Below are positions 1-9,610 of a stretch of DNA of 53,074 bases, one piece after another. Positions within the stretch are counted from its first letter, which is position 1; each line of letters begins with the position of its first letter. Origin of the DNA: Planctomycetota bacterium (GTDB taxonomy: Bacteria; Planctomycetota; GCA-002687715; DRQF01); contig JALTLO010000099.1 of NCBI GenBank assembly GCA_027001995.1, positions 742-53,815 of the forward strand. The letters are read 5' to 3'. The notes under the pieces are model-generated. The model did no database searches. It was not told the DNA's origin and saw only the letters and a list, made by a program, of their open reading frames with translations. Made by a program: the position numbers and the translations under genes.

Positions 1-1
1 T

Positions 2-253
2 GCTTTCAGTCAAGGTCTCCGTCGACTCAAAGGTGATATTGTTCGGCCTTGCTTGCGCCTCGCTTCGTCTGCCTTCTTGATCAAAATTCCCCCGAGGCAC
101 AACGGCCTTTCGACGCGCTTGATTCTGAACATGGTTCTCTTCATTTTCGACATGGATGTCGTCCATCAGGTCAGAACCCGTGTCACCGAGGAACGACCAC
201 CCGAGCGCCCCTGCAACCACCACCAAGAACAAGATCAATAGAATTCTTGCCAC
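2..253 (-). CDS. Hypothetical membrane-anchored protein, N-terminal part (runs off the window)
   Basis: Manual translation from GTG 253: MARILLILFLVVVAGALGWSFLGDTGSDLMDD..., open to the window edge. N-terminal hydrophobic anchor; GGAAGGGAG SD-like sequence upstream. Not in the ORF track. Confidence 0.7.
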   Translation of the reverse strand, partial: MARILLILFLVVVAGALGWSFLGDTGSDLMDDIHVENEENHVQNQARRKAVVPRGNFDQEGRRSEAQARPNNITFESTETLTES

Positions 254-506
254 GCTCGATTCTCCCTTCCAGATTGCGATAAAGGTTTCCACCCCGCCAC
301 TCTTCATGCCAACCAAAGTGGCATCATGCACAAACGGTCATCAAGTCCTGAGTTGGGCTTGCTCGTTCTTGAATCCTCAGAGCCCACTTCCTCGTAGCTT
401 TCATTTGAGATTGGACATTCGATTCGACCACGACATCGGAATCCCCTGGGCATTCGAGCATCATACCATGCCATAAGTATGTGATAAATAGTCGCATAGG
501 GTGATT

Positions 507-541
507 GGTGCAAATCCGGAATTGAATTCCGAACTTGCACC
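507..541. promoter_or_regulatory. Degenerate copy of the palindromic operator/promoter found upstream of the DUF4143 ATPase
   Basis: GGTGCAAATCCGGAATT-G-AATTCCGAACTTGCACC; two substitutions relative to 5612-5646, and the same distance to the downstream ATG (557). Confidence 0.8.
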
Positions 542-556
542 GGCTATGCCCATGAC

Positions 557-745
557 ATGATACCTCGCACGATGGAATCTCACGTCCTGGACATCGCGAA
601 GAGGTTTCCTGTGGTGACCATTGCCGGGCCTCGTCAGTCTGGAAAGACCACTCTGTGCAAGAAACTGTTTCCTCGGCGGCCTTATGTCCCCTTGGAAGAG
701 CCAGGGCAATCAATGATCCACGGGGATTCTTAGGGGAATTGTCGG
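557..745 (+). pseudogene. N-terminal remnant of an AAA_14/DUF4143 ATPase (paralog of 5662-6837)
   Basis: MIPRTMESHVLDIAKRFPVVTIAGPRQSGKTTLCKKLFPRRPYVPLEEP, then a ~13-nt deletion/frameshift, then RAINDPRGFLGELS. Aligns to MISRTIESHVLSLAENFPVVTVTGPRQSGKTTLCKKLFP...RAMDDPRGFLGSLS. Confidence 0.9.
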
Positions 746-1211
746 CGGCATCTCGATCCCGGACTCTGGCTGCTTTCAACAATCGCGTGCCCAACACGCT
801 GAGCCGGGGGGGTCGCCTCAGCAATTTGACCAATCCCGTCATCGTGTTTCGCGGCGACGAGCCCTACCTTGCCGCCGGAGCAATTGGCGCCGGGTTGCAC
901 GAAGTCATGCTTCAGAACATCCTTCAATACTCACCGGTGGGTCAAACCCCCACCACGCTGATCGCCAGTCGAAATTCTGGGGAATTAACGACAAACCAAC
1001 AGCCCTTGGGCAATACTCTTTCTTCGTCGAGCAAGGAACCTTCTCCCCGGAATTCCACAAAGAGATGCTCGCTCTAAGACAGCCCTTAGAGCTCCTTTCT
1101 CCAGCGGCAGCCTCCAGCAAACGAGGCTACTGGGTGGGAATCCGAAACAACAGCAACGAGTTGGAAGGTTCCGCGCCCAAGTAGTTCAACGGACTAGAAG
1201 AGGGAAGGTAG
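741..1211 (+). pseudogene. C-terminal remnant of a gamma-glutamyltransferase-family gene
   Basis: Joining three frames gives VGGISIPDSGCFQQSRAQHAEPG / GRLSNLTNPVIVFRGDEPYLAAGAIGAGLHEVMLQNILQ / LTGG...RGYWVGIRNNSNELEGSAPK*FNGLEEGR*. Frameshifts at the G7 run (~806-812) and near 930, premature TAG at 1182-1184. Resembles the GGT small-subunit region (recognised from memory). Confidence 0.65.
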
Positions 1212-1398
1212 CCACTGTGCCAATACGACGAGTTCCTATCGCTGTGGTGCAAATGCCGGAAAGAGAGAAAAGCGCAAAAGGAATCAAGCCTCCCGCACTG
1301 TGACAACGACTATCTCGATGAAGCAAGAGAGCTTACCGGAATGACGTGAACTATCTGATTGATTCACCCAAGACCGAGTCTACTTTGTCAGTCGCGGA

Positions 1399-1656
1399 TC
1401 ATCGGCGAACAATGAGGGAGTGGCTAGAGCCTTTGGCTACGACCGAGTCGGTGACGTGAATAATAACGCCTGTGCCGGCTGCAGGGGCAACGAAGCAGAT
1501 CGTTGCCGTGTGCTTCTTCAGATCAATCGTGACCTTCAGATGCACGCCAGCACTGGCCGGATCTGCTATGGCACTGAAACCAGCGCCGACATTCGTGGCG
1601 GTGATGCAAACAGCTGAACCGGCTTCAACGAGCCTCGGTCCATTCAACTTAATCAT
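1399..1656 (-). CDS. Small hypothetical beta-rich protein
   Basis: 85-aa ORF whose ATG overlaps the TGA of the upstream gene (ATGA at 1653-1656), consistent with translational coupling. Confidence 0.6.
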   Translation of the reverse strand: MIKLNGPRLVEAGSAVCITATNVGAGFSAIADPASAGVHLKVTIDLKKHTATICFVAPAAGTGVIIHVTDSVVAKGSSHSLIVRR

Positions 1657-2312
1657 AAGGATTCAATCTCAGCCAAGAGTGCGTCGAATTCATGGCGAAT
1701 CTCTTGGTTCCTGATTTGCCGGACTGACGATTGCAGGAGACCAAGATGGGACTTCAAAGCCTGGCGGTCCATCATGTGCAAAACAGAATAGGTAAACACT
1801 TGAATTTCTATATCGCTGCTGCCTGCGGCACCACAGATAAGATCATACATGCTCGTGTGTTTTCGGGCATGGATCCACCGGAGTGTTCGGGTAACTTGGG
1901 TCGTTTTACCATTCGAAATGATTGACTCAATGCGTGGCCGCCCGTAGCTGGCATAGAGGCCATCGAGGGTGCCGAAATCCACTGCAATCTCGGCGACAAT
2001 TCCTCCCGGCGCCGCCGATTCGGTGCTTTTGTCTAAGAATCGACCAGCCCCAAAAATTGCAATACCAAGTACAGTGGCCGCCACTGCACTCCGCGCAAAG
2101 AAGCGACGGCGACCAAGCCGCTTGCGATCGGCGATATTCTTCTTGGCTTGATCAGCAGCAGAAAGAGAAAACTCTTCTGTGCCACCATGAACGATGGGCT
2201 GACAGAAAAAGCAGTTGTCAATGTGCAATTTCGTATCCCCAGACCGATAGCCCAGCTGCCACGACTTGAGGTAAATTTCACAGCTAAAAGGTCCAGGGGC
2301 GTCCGTTTTCAT
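1653..2312 (-). CDS. Hypothetical single-pass membrane protein with an HxxxCxxC (zinc anti-sigma-like) motif
   Basis: C...HIDNCFFC near the N-terminus, a basic patch (RRRFFAR), a TM segment (SAVAATVLGIAIFGAG), then a helical C-terminal domain. Confidence 0.6.
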   Translation of the reverse strand: MKTDAPGPFSCEIYLKSWQLGYRSGDTKLHIDNCFFCQPIVHGGTEEFSLSAADQAKKNIADRKRLGRRRFFARSAVAATVLGIAIFGAGRFLDKSTESAAPGGIVAEIAVDFGTLDGLYASYGRPRIESIISNGKTTQVTRTLRWIHARKHTSMYDLICGAAGSSDIEIQVFTYSVLHMMDRQALKSHLGLLQSSVRQIRNQEIRHEFDALLAEIESL

Positions 2313-2316
2313 TTCA

Positions 2317-2838
2317 TCATCTCATCAGCAATGGTAACAGGGGATCGTCATCGGTCTGAAAAAACTCATCAATGAACGCCTTCGAGTCTAAAGCCTCCAT
2401 GGCCCCTGTCAAGCCTTTCTTGAGGACTTCAATCATCGACCACCTCTGAAGGCGTGTCCACTGACGATCATCCCAAAGTGAGACAGCCTGGTAAAGACAT
2501 TCAAGAAGACCATTCCGAGGTTTCCCCAGAAGGGCCTGACGAACGAGGGCGGAGCTATTTCAAACCTCTTTCATGGGCGCAACGCAAGAGACGATGATGT
2601 CAACCTTTTCACTCGTGGACCAAGAAAGTAGGACACAATATCCGCAGAAATTGAGGGGCAGTCTCCGAGAGACTCTTTCAAGAATGGCCGTGAGGAACTC
2701 CAATTGGACCGGGGCTTCAGCGCTGTCTGCATCAAGCGCCAGACGGATGGCTGCGACCAGCAACTCCGAGGCCGTCCCGTTAGAGACCTTCCCCAACCAT
2801 CGTGGTTCGCCGATATACCAAAACCTGAAAACGTCTTC
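2317..2838 (-). pseudogene. Possible degraded ORF upstream of the anti-sigma-like gene
   Basis: The frame of ORF 2560..2796 stays open from 2838 to 2317 except for one TGA at 2560-2562, and it ends 4 nt before the next ATG. No recognisable family. Confidence 0.35.
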
Positions 2839-3049
2839 TCAATCGTCTTTTTCATGGCACCTATGCTTGGGCCCGGGTGACCCAAGCTTTGCAGAGTTCC
2901 CGGAAGATTGGTCCTCATCGGCAAAGAATTACCCAATAAACGCGTAACGGGAGCTTCGATTCTACGCCTTGAACAGTGAGGGAAATTAATCGGCATTCAA
3001 GCACGCCCCCGTTCGCTCCTGCTCAAACTCAAATCGAAAGGAATAAAAC

Positions 3050-5056
3050 ATGCGGCATTCAAATGTATTGGCGTCATCGTTGGCGCTATTCTTCGTTCTT
3101 TGTTCACTCGCCCACGCACAGCCCCAAGGTGTGCAGAACACTCCTTATCCATTGGCTTGGATTCCAGACAGTATCTACAAAAAGACGTTGTTCATGACGC
3201 CGAACGGTGCACCGGGCTTCTGTCCGCCGATGGTCTTGGACTTCCTCGGAGCCGGAAACCCCAACTTCGAGCACCCAACGTCGCCGGACCTCATGGGTGG
3301 AGGCGAATTCGTCAAAGTAGGGATCACAGCCGAGCTCTACTACACTCGATCCACGTCTGGGCCAAATTTTATTGATCCATCGAAGCACATGGTCTATCGG
3401 ATGAACCAGGACATGAACGCAGTGACTTTCCTGCCACCCGATGTCACCGATCTCAATCAACTTCCGGCCCTCGTCCGTTTCGGGCCTGACCTGGTTCCTG
3501 GCGGAGGCGACGACCTTGATCCAAACGCAACTTTGGCAAGATTCCCAAGGACCATCGCCTTCCTGGAATGGGCCAGGTATAAGAATCTACCCCTTTCCTT
3601 TCAGCTCCATGGGGGCATTACTCATGGTGGGTATCCCCTCGGAACAGGCCTCGATTCGACTGAGTTAGATGGCTACATCGAGTCATTGGGTAAAGACCAG
3701 TGTATGTGGGATATCAGTGATGTCTCAGATCCCGACGATGACAATCCGGCGACATTCGAAGACGCTGGGTCTGGCTGGGGCTGGTTCTCTTTTGCGACAC
3801 CTACTCTCGCAGATCCGGCACTCGCGGCGACCCTCGGTATCACTCTAGAGTACCAGTCGATTGCAGAACGAAATCTCAAGACTGCCCTTACAGAACTCAT
3901 GCAGATAGCAAGTCTGCCACGCTACAGAGGCCGCCTCGCTGGCATTGCGCTCGACCCTGAAATTCATTTGCCCTCACATGAAAGTCCCAACTACCGCCTG
4001 ACCGCAAACGATGGTTCGCAAGTCATCCGTCCGTTTATGGAAGACTACCACCCCGCCAACATCCTTGGTTTTACCAAGCATTTGGAATCTCGCTACGGCG
4101 ACACTCACCCAGGAGTCGACAGCAACGGAGATGGGCGCACTTTCTGGGGCGACTTCCAGGCCGACTATCAAGCGTCTGGCGGTTTCGGTCACAACCACCA
4201 GACTATGCCCGCGACTTGGGCGCGCGTTGATCCGCCCAGGTACTATCCAGAGAGGGAAAGTGAAACGCGAACCGATTACTGGCACGAGTGGATTAACTAC
4301 AACGTCTTGGTGATTGAGGCTTACCTGGAAAATCTCACGCTCTGGGCCCATGAAGCCGGAGTTCCAGCGAACCGGATGTTCACCCATCAGACCAAAGCCC
4401 ACTCATCCTACGCTGCCTCGCGCGCACGCTACAACAATCAGAATTGGGCCGACGATTGGATGCACATCGAAACTTCCTACGGACACGCTGGCATCAGCCA
4501 GTATCGGCCCGTTGGGGTGCTAGGAATCCGTAATGGAGGCTCCCACCTCTACCAAAATCTCCTGCGACGCGACGAAGGTTGGGGTTCACCCGAATTCAAT
4601 CCCTACAAGATCGGTGGTGGAGCGTTCGCCACTCAGGCACAGATGAACATCATCGCCCAAGCAGCAATCGATAGCCGGGCTCAAGTTCTCTGGCCTCATT
4701 CCTGGGGCTCTGAGACTAACAGGATCATTGATTCAACTACCATGTCTTGGAAGACCGTTGAGGGAGCCAACGTTTTTCCTGGATGGACGATTCACAACTT
4801 CAACCCCGTGGCTGGCACGAACATACTCGAAGCAGACCCAGCACAATCAGACTGGTATGTGCAGTCGCCCGTTGTCGATCTCGATGCAGATGACTACACC
4901 TTCATTGCGACCAAGCTTCTCGTACGAATTTCCAATTGGCCACCTTTGGCCCTGATAATTTTTCCAAAGCAGAAGAAGCTCCATTTCCTGTGTCAAGCTT
5001 TGTTTGGGGCCATTCCGCCCCTGAACGCCAAATCTGGGCCACCCATCGCAAGTTGA
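3050..5056 (+). CDS. Secreted protein, probable clan-A glycoside hydrolase-like TIM barrel; C-terminus possibly frameshifted
   Basis: Signal peptide ending AHA-Q. GIALDPEIHLP and GWGSPEFNP resemble clan GH-A acid/base and nucleophile Glu contexts. The WARVDPPR...DYWHEWINY segment is GH42-like. Confidence 0.6.
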   Translation: MRHSNVLASSLALFFVLCSLAHAQPQGVQNTPYPLAWIPDSIYKKTLFMTPNGAPGFCPPMVLDFLGAGNPNFEHPTSPDLMGGGEFVKVGITAELYYTRSTSGPNFIDPSKHMVYRMNQDMNAVTFLPPDVTDLNQLPALVRFGPDLVPGGGDDLDPNATLARFPRTIAFLEWARYKNLPLSFQLHGGITHGGYPLGTGLDSTELDGYIESLGKDQCMWDISDVSDPDDDNPATFEDAGSGWGWFSFATPTLADPALAATLGITLEYQSIAERNLKTALTELMQIASLPRYRGRLAGIALDPEIHLPSHESPNYRLTANDGSQVIRPFMEDYHPANILGFTKHLESRYGDTHPGVDSNGDGRTFWGDFQADYQASGGFGHNHQTMPATWARVDPPRYYPERESETRTDYWHEWINYNVLVIEAYLENLTLWAHEAGVPANRMFTHQTKAHSSYAASRARYNNQNWADDWMHIETSYGHAGISQYRPVGVLGIRNGGSHLYQNLLRRDEGWGSPEFNPYKIGGGAFATQAQMNIIAQAAIDSRAQVLWPHSWGSETNRIIDSTTMSWKTVEGANVFPGWTIHNFNPVAGTNILEADPAQSDWYVQSPVVDLDADDYTFIATKLLVRISNWPPLALIIFPKQKKLHFLCQALFGAIPPLNAKSGPPIAS

Positions 5057-5149
5057 GGCTCGGCGCAGATAGGCCTGGCGGTCCACCCTTCAAGTCAAAA
5101 AAACATCACGGCGGCACTTTTTTTGGCAGGAAGTGCTAAGATTCCGGCC

Positions 5150-5461
5150 ATGACAAATCCCAATGAGCCGCGGCCAGATCATGGCGAATTCAAGACCAAA
5201 ATCGACGACGAGACACCGATCATTGCCCAGGCTATTCGTCAAGCATCGGGCAATGTCGACGGGGTCATAGGATGCTATTGGTTGCGCATTGTTGCCAAGT
5301 TTGAAGATGCGGGTCGCCAACGTGAGATCATCCGTATGTGGGGCGTTGATTTGATCAATCGAACTGTGACCGTTGTGGAAACTGAAGCTGACGTTGAACT
5401 TTCCCGACGCCAACGCACCCTCTCTGAAGCGGAGATACAGACCGCTATGGATGGGGTCTAA
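5150..5461 (+). CDS. Hypothetical protein (103 aa)
   Basis: ORF 5123..5461; ATG 5150 preferred because an extended -10 (TGcTAAGAT, 5134-5142) lies 7 nt upstream. Confidence 0.55.
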   Translation: MTNPNEPRPDHGEFKTKIDDETPIIAQAIRQASGNVDGVIGCYWLRIVAKFEDAGRQREIIRMWGVDLINRTVTVVETEADVELSRRQRTLSEAEIQTAMDGV

Positions 5462-5609
5462 AAGGTGACAAGAATCAAGGAGACCCGTGAGCAACAAGTG
5501 AGAAGCATCGGTCGATCGCCATAGCGATCTCGGCTCTTCCGCAGTAACGCAAGGCATTGCCGGGGAATTGATCAACCATAAGCTTGGACAGAATAGGACC
5601 CCAAGACAA

Positions 5610-5655
5610 CAGGTGCAAATCCGGAATTGAATTCCGGATTTGCACCTGCTACCTT
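5610..5655 (+). promoter_or_regulatory. Sigma70-type promoter overlapped by a perfect 39-bp palindrome (putative operator)
   Basis: CAGGTGCAAATCCGGAATT-G-AATTCCGGATTTGCACCTG at 5610-5648. TTGAAT (5627-5632), 17 bp, TACCTT (5650-5655) with a TGn extension; ATG follows 6 nt later. Confidence 0.8.
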
Positions 5656-5661
5656 ATTGGC

Positions 5662-6837
5662 ATGATCTCCCGCACCATCGAATCTCACGTCCTAAGCCTC
5701 GCAGAGAATTTTCCTGTGGTGACTGTGACTGGGCCTCGTCAGTCCGGGAAGACAACTTTGTGCAAGAAGTTGTTCCCAGAAAAGTCCTACGTTTCCCTTG
5801 AAGAGCCAGATGTACGCGCTCGGGCCATGGATGATCCCCGCGGATTCTTGGGGTCCTTGTCTCAGGGCTGTATCCTTGACGAAGTGCAAAGAGCGCCTGA
5901 CCTTCTATCCTACCTGCAAAGCATGGTTGATGAAGACCCGAGCCCAGGTCGATTCATCCTGACAGGGTCACAGAATTTCAACCTTCTCGATTCAATCTCT
6001 CAGTCCCTTGCGGGCCGAACCGCTATCTGTCACTTATTGCCACTTTCAGTTGAAGAAATAACTGAGCTTGATGATCTTTGGCAAACGGTTTTTCGAGGTG
6101 GTTACCCGAGGATTCATAGCTCCAACATTGAACCCCAAGAATGGGTTTCATCCTACGTTCAAACGTACATCGAGCGCGATGTGCGCGAGGTTCTCAACGT
6201 AGGAGACCTGGCTTCGTTCCAAACTTTTATGGCTCTCTGTGCCGGACGGACAGGCCAGGTTCTCAACCTCACAAGTCTTAGCAACGACTGCGGCATAAAC
6301 CAAAAAACGGCAAAGGCTTGGCTTTCTGTACTCGAGACCAGCTTCCTTGCCTTTCGTCTGCGACCATTCTTCCACAACCTCGGCAAGCGCTGGATCAAGT
6401 CGCCGAAGTTGCACTTCTTTGACTCTGGCCTTGTATGTTTCTTGCTGGGGATTCGCAATCCACAACAATTGGCTATCCACCCCTTGCGGGGAGCTATCTT
6501 CGAAACCTGGGTCATCTCTGAGTGCTACAAAGCTCAAGTCAATCGCGGCCTCAATCCTGACCTCTTTCATTGGCGGGACGCCAAAGGAAATGAAGTCGAC
6601 CTCGTGGTTCTCAGTGGCAATCATGCCACTATGATCGAGGTCAAGTCTGGCAAGACCATGGCAACAGACTTCCTCAAACCCTTGGACCATTTCGCCCATC
6701 TCGTGGACACAAAGGACGACTTGATCAGCAGCTCAACCAAAGTGCTCGTCTATGGAGGTGACAAAGAAATTCAACACCGAGAGACTCAAGTCCTCCCTTG
6801 GTTCAAGCTCCAAGAACTGTTCTCAACGTTGACTTGA
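5662..6837 (+). CDS. AAA_14 family ATPase with C-terminal DUF4143 (PD-(D/E)xK-like) domain
   Basis: Walker A GPRQSGKTT, Walker B ILDEVQR, FILTGS, SLAGR, KSPKLHFFDSGL, GAIFET, EVDLV...IEVKSG. Start set at MISRTIE (the family start, matching the paralog). Confidence 0.93.
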   Translation: MISRTIESHVLSLAENFPVVTVTGPRQSGKTTLCKKLFPEKSYVSLEEPDVRARAMDDPRGFLGSLSQGCILDEVQRAPDLLSYLQSMVDEDPSPGRFILTGSQNFNLLDSISQSLAGRTAICHLLPLSVEEITELDDLWQTVFRGGYPRIHSSNIEPQEWVSSYVQTYIERDVREVLNVGDLASFQTFMALCAGRTGQVLNLTSLSNDCGINQKTAKAWLSVLETSFLAFRLRPFFHNLGKRWIKSPKLHFFDSGLVCFLLGIRNPQQLAIHPLRGAIFETWVISECYKAQVNRGLNPDLFHWRDAKGNEVDLVVLSGNHATMIEVKSGKTMATDFLKPLDHFAHLVDTKDDLISSSTKVLVYGGDKEIQHRETQVLPWFKLQELFSTLT

Positions 6838-6883
6838 ATGCCAAAAGGCGACGCAATCTTGACCATAGACTCGAGAATGACGT

Positions 6884-9205
6884 CTACACGTCTTCCAGCA
6901 AGGGCTCTAATTTCGACAATCTTTCAAGATCGCAAACATAGACATTAGAGCGCCGCGCAAAAGAAGCAGTAGTCTTCGTGCAGACCAGAGAATAGGGCCT
7001 ACTTCGAATCCGAGTCTTACACCGACAATCTAGTTTGTTGACTTGAATCTTGTCTTCCAAATGCGCGCGCCGATTCGCTCCGGCTTTGAAGACAAACTCG
7101 GCTGCCCTGGGATCGGCGAGAAATTCCTTCAAGGAACGGCAATCAGCGCAGGAGCAATCGAATTTCCTTGAACGTCGATAGTCTTGTGGCTCCTGGGGAG
7201 CTGTCCTGGTTCTGACCCTCAGCTCATCTCGCGCATGATTGAGCCAAAGCGAAAGTCCCTTCCTATTGGCACCGACATTCTTAAAGCACGATTTAATGGA
7301 AAAAATTGCGGCAAGGTGGACCTCGATCAAGTCGTATTTCTTTGGTTTTGAAATCGCGTGTTTCACCAAATTAGTCAAAGGAGCCGCAGCCTCAAGGGCA
7401 AGGGTCGCAGCAACCAAAGAAGCCAAGATCTTTCCCCGATCAAGATGGCCACCAATCACCCAATTGTTGCGATTCTTTTCATTGTCAAATTTCTTCAACG
7501 ATTCGATCGCCTGGTTGGCCAACTGGCGAGCAAGCTTCTTGCGCTCTTCATCCTTGTCCTTGGCGCGGCAGATCAACCTCAAGACAGCAGCATTCCTTGT
7601 CATTTGTTCAGGCTTCTTGGTCTCGAACAGGGTCTTCAAGGACGAGGCAAACCGACTCCATCCATGACGCCGACAGAAAAGCAGGAAGTCTTTGCCCAAC
7701 TTCAAAGAAGCATCTTCATTGAGCACTTCCGAAAGGAATTCGCAAACCAAGTTGGGGTCATCCAACTCAAACAAAAGTTGAATAAAGATCCCGCGGACCC
7801 CTTCGTCATGGGAGATCGTCTCTCGACGAACGAGCCCCCAAGTTTCGACAATCTCCTCGGCCAAGAGCAAGCACCGGCGGCGTTCGTCTTCGCGCCTTGA
7901 CTTTGCAGTTCTTCTAAGTTTCCCCACCATCTTCTTGAGGCTCTTGATGGCAAACTCTGTCCCTGCTTCGCAGAGAATAGAAAGATGATTTGAAGACGGC
8001 CAAAGAACAATGGCGGCCCGATGATACCAACGTCCTAGAGTCATGCCTGCATTGCCGGTAAAACCTTCGAAATCCTCCTGATCGGCTTCGGATTCTCGAA
8101 ACGTCTGTTTGATAATTATCTCCCGATCGAGAGCATCAATCTTGCCCAGCTGAACTCTCTTGCCTTCCCGGTCAGACCAAGAGTCGAGCGTTTGGCTATA
8201 GTCTATGACTTCGCACATCTCGTGCCCACCATTTGGTCCTGATGGCCCACCGTCTGCGCTGCCAAATTCCCAACGAGTTAACAGGGCAAGGTGCGCTGCG
8301 AAACCGGTTTGCTCGGCGGCCAAGAACAGAGCTTCCGCGCGAGCTCGGTCCACCCCTTTGAGGGCATCCAGGGTCAACCCGTGTCGTGTGTACTGGTGCT
8401 CAAGCACCACCACCATCTTGCTCATATCTTCTGACGTTTCAAAAGCACCCAAGGCCTCCTCCAATGCTTCTGCAACCCCGGAATGACAAGGTGCCAGCAA
8501 GTTCTTCTTGCGGCCGCCCGTGGCGAGCACCAAGTTGTAGGTCAAGCAAAGGCGATAACCACTTTGTATTGGCAAGATTTCGTGTTCACAATCGGCGTAA
8601 AATGCGGCGTAACAGAGACCGTATCCGGAAGCTGCCTCATCGAAAGTGATTTCCTGCTCCCAGCCATCATGCCGCACGATTAACTCGCCGCCTTCGTGCT
8701 CTGCAGGCAAAACGATGGAAAGCGTCGCCACCATGCCGTCAATCTTCTCACCGTCTTGATGAGGTAGAAAAAAACTACCCTCTTCATAAACCAGCAACTT
8801 ATAGAGATGAGCCTCCAACTTCCGACGCCCCAAGCCGAGATCATTTTGTACTTGCTGCACGATCGTCTCAACGACCTCATCCCACTCAGGGTTTCTCAGG
8901 TAAAACTTCTTCGGGTCCAACTCCCATGTATGACGAACATCCGTATCGATGAGCGTATCTGTCCCCTTGCCATAGGGTGCTTGCTCACACCCCTCGATGA
9001 GTTTTCGTGCTAGAACCGGAGGGAGTGGCAACGGAATCTGGCCGAGAAAGTTAACATCCAGGCCGGGCATCGTCAGCGGATAGTCGCCAGAGGTGGCGAA
9101 CTCCCCCGGACGATCAATCTCCGCGAGAGCCGAGAGCAAGTTGCGACTCAACTGACTCTCATAAATTCGATTTCGAGACACGACGGTAATCTCCTTATGG
9201 CTCAT
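6884..9205 (-). CDS. Large 2OG-Fe(II) oxygenase domain protein
   Basis: LYKLLVYEEGSFFLPHQDGEK (HxD), GGELIV, AAFYADCEHEILPIQSGYRLCLTYNL (H and R), followed by a long helical region and a C-terminal CSCADC motif. Confidence 0.85.
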   Translation of the reverse strand: MSHKEITVVSRNRIYESQLSRNLLSALAEIDRPGEFATSGDYPLTMPGLDVNFLGQIPLPLPPVLARKLIEGCEQAPYGKGTDTLIDTDVRHTWELDPKKFYLRNPEWDEVVETIVQQVQNDLGLGRRKLEAHLYKLLVYEEGSFFLPHQDGEKIDGMVATLSIVLPAEHEGGELIVRHDGWEQEITFDEAASGYGLCYAAFYADCEHEILPIQSGYRLCLTYNLVLATGGRKKNLLAPCHSGVAEALEEALGAFETSEDMSKMVVVLEHQYTRHGLTLDALKGVDRARAEALFLAAEQTGFAAHLALLTRWEFGSADGGPSGPNGGHEMCEVIDYSQTLDSWSDREGKRVQLGKIDALDREIIIKQTFRESEADQEDFEGFTGNAGMTLGRWYHRAAIVLWPSSNHLSILCEAGTEFAIKSLKKMVGKLRRTAKSRREDERRRCLLLAEEIVETWGLVRRETISHDEGVRGIFIQLLFELDDPNLVCEFLSEVLNEDASLKLGKDFLLFCRRHGWSRFASSLKTLFETKKPEQMTRNAAVLRLICRAKDKDEERKKLARQLANQAIESLKKFDNEKNRNNWVIGGHLDRGKILASLVAATLALEAAAPLTNLVKHAISKPKKYDLIEVHLAAIFSIKSCFKNVGANRKGLSLWLNHARDELRVRTRTAPQEPQDYRRSRKFDCSCADCRSLKEFLADPRAAEFVFKAGANRRAHLEDKIQVNKLDCRCKTRIRSRPYSLVCTKTTASFARRSNVYVCDLERLSKLEPLLEDV

Positions 9206-9364
9206 CTTGAGATCAGAGCCCCCATGGTTCCTGGCAAGATCGGAAGCGCGAGTCTATGGAAGACCACAGACGTAAAGTGAACGTTGCAGGGATTCTTGCC
9301 ATTGATCTCGTCCCCAGAGAAGCCGAGACAATCCGAAAGCAAATTTTAGCACAATAGGATTATC

Positions 9365-9610
9365 ATGAAGCAAGCATCTCTGATCAAGAAGTACGACAAA
9401 CTCAAGGACCGCCACAAGAACTTCTTACGAGTCTTGGCAGTCGCAGAAAAACCTATGGATCGTACCGAGATTGTCAAGATCTTAGGCCACTTCGGCTTCC
9501 TCGACGACTCGGGACGGGAGGTTCGTTTCGACAAGGCTTTTAAGCCAAGAATTCAAGAACTCATCGACTTGGATTTAGTCCGATTCGAGACAACGACTTG
9601 GCGATCTTAA
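9365..9610 (+). CDS. Small winged-helix-like hypothetical protein, possibly a truncated remnant
   Basis: 81 aa with the pattern LRVLAVAEKPMDRTEI...IQELIDLDLV. The same frame continues after the TAA into ORF 9656..9865. Confidence 0.45.
   Translation: MKQASLIKKYDKLKDRHKNFLRVLAVAEKPMDRTEIVKILGHFGFLDDSGREVRFDKAFKPRIQELIDLDLVRFETTTWRS

Noticed and set aside
2560..2562. In-frame TGA in the 2317-2838 frame as a second Sec site or a sign of genetic code reassignment
   Set aside because: No redox motif or evident hairpin, and many intact genes in the window end in TGA, so the code is standard.
5054..5149. The TGA ending the 668-aa ORF is followed in frame by ORF 5123..5461, suggesting possible read-through or Sec
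   Set aside because: No Cys-motif context, the preceding ~40 codons already look out of frame, and the downstream gene has its own promoter-like signal.
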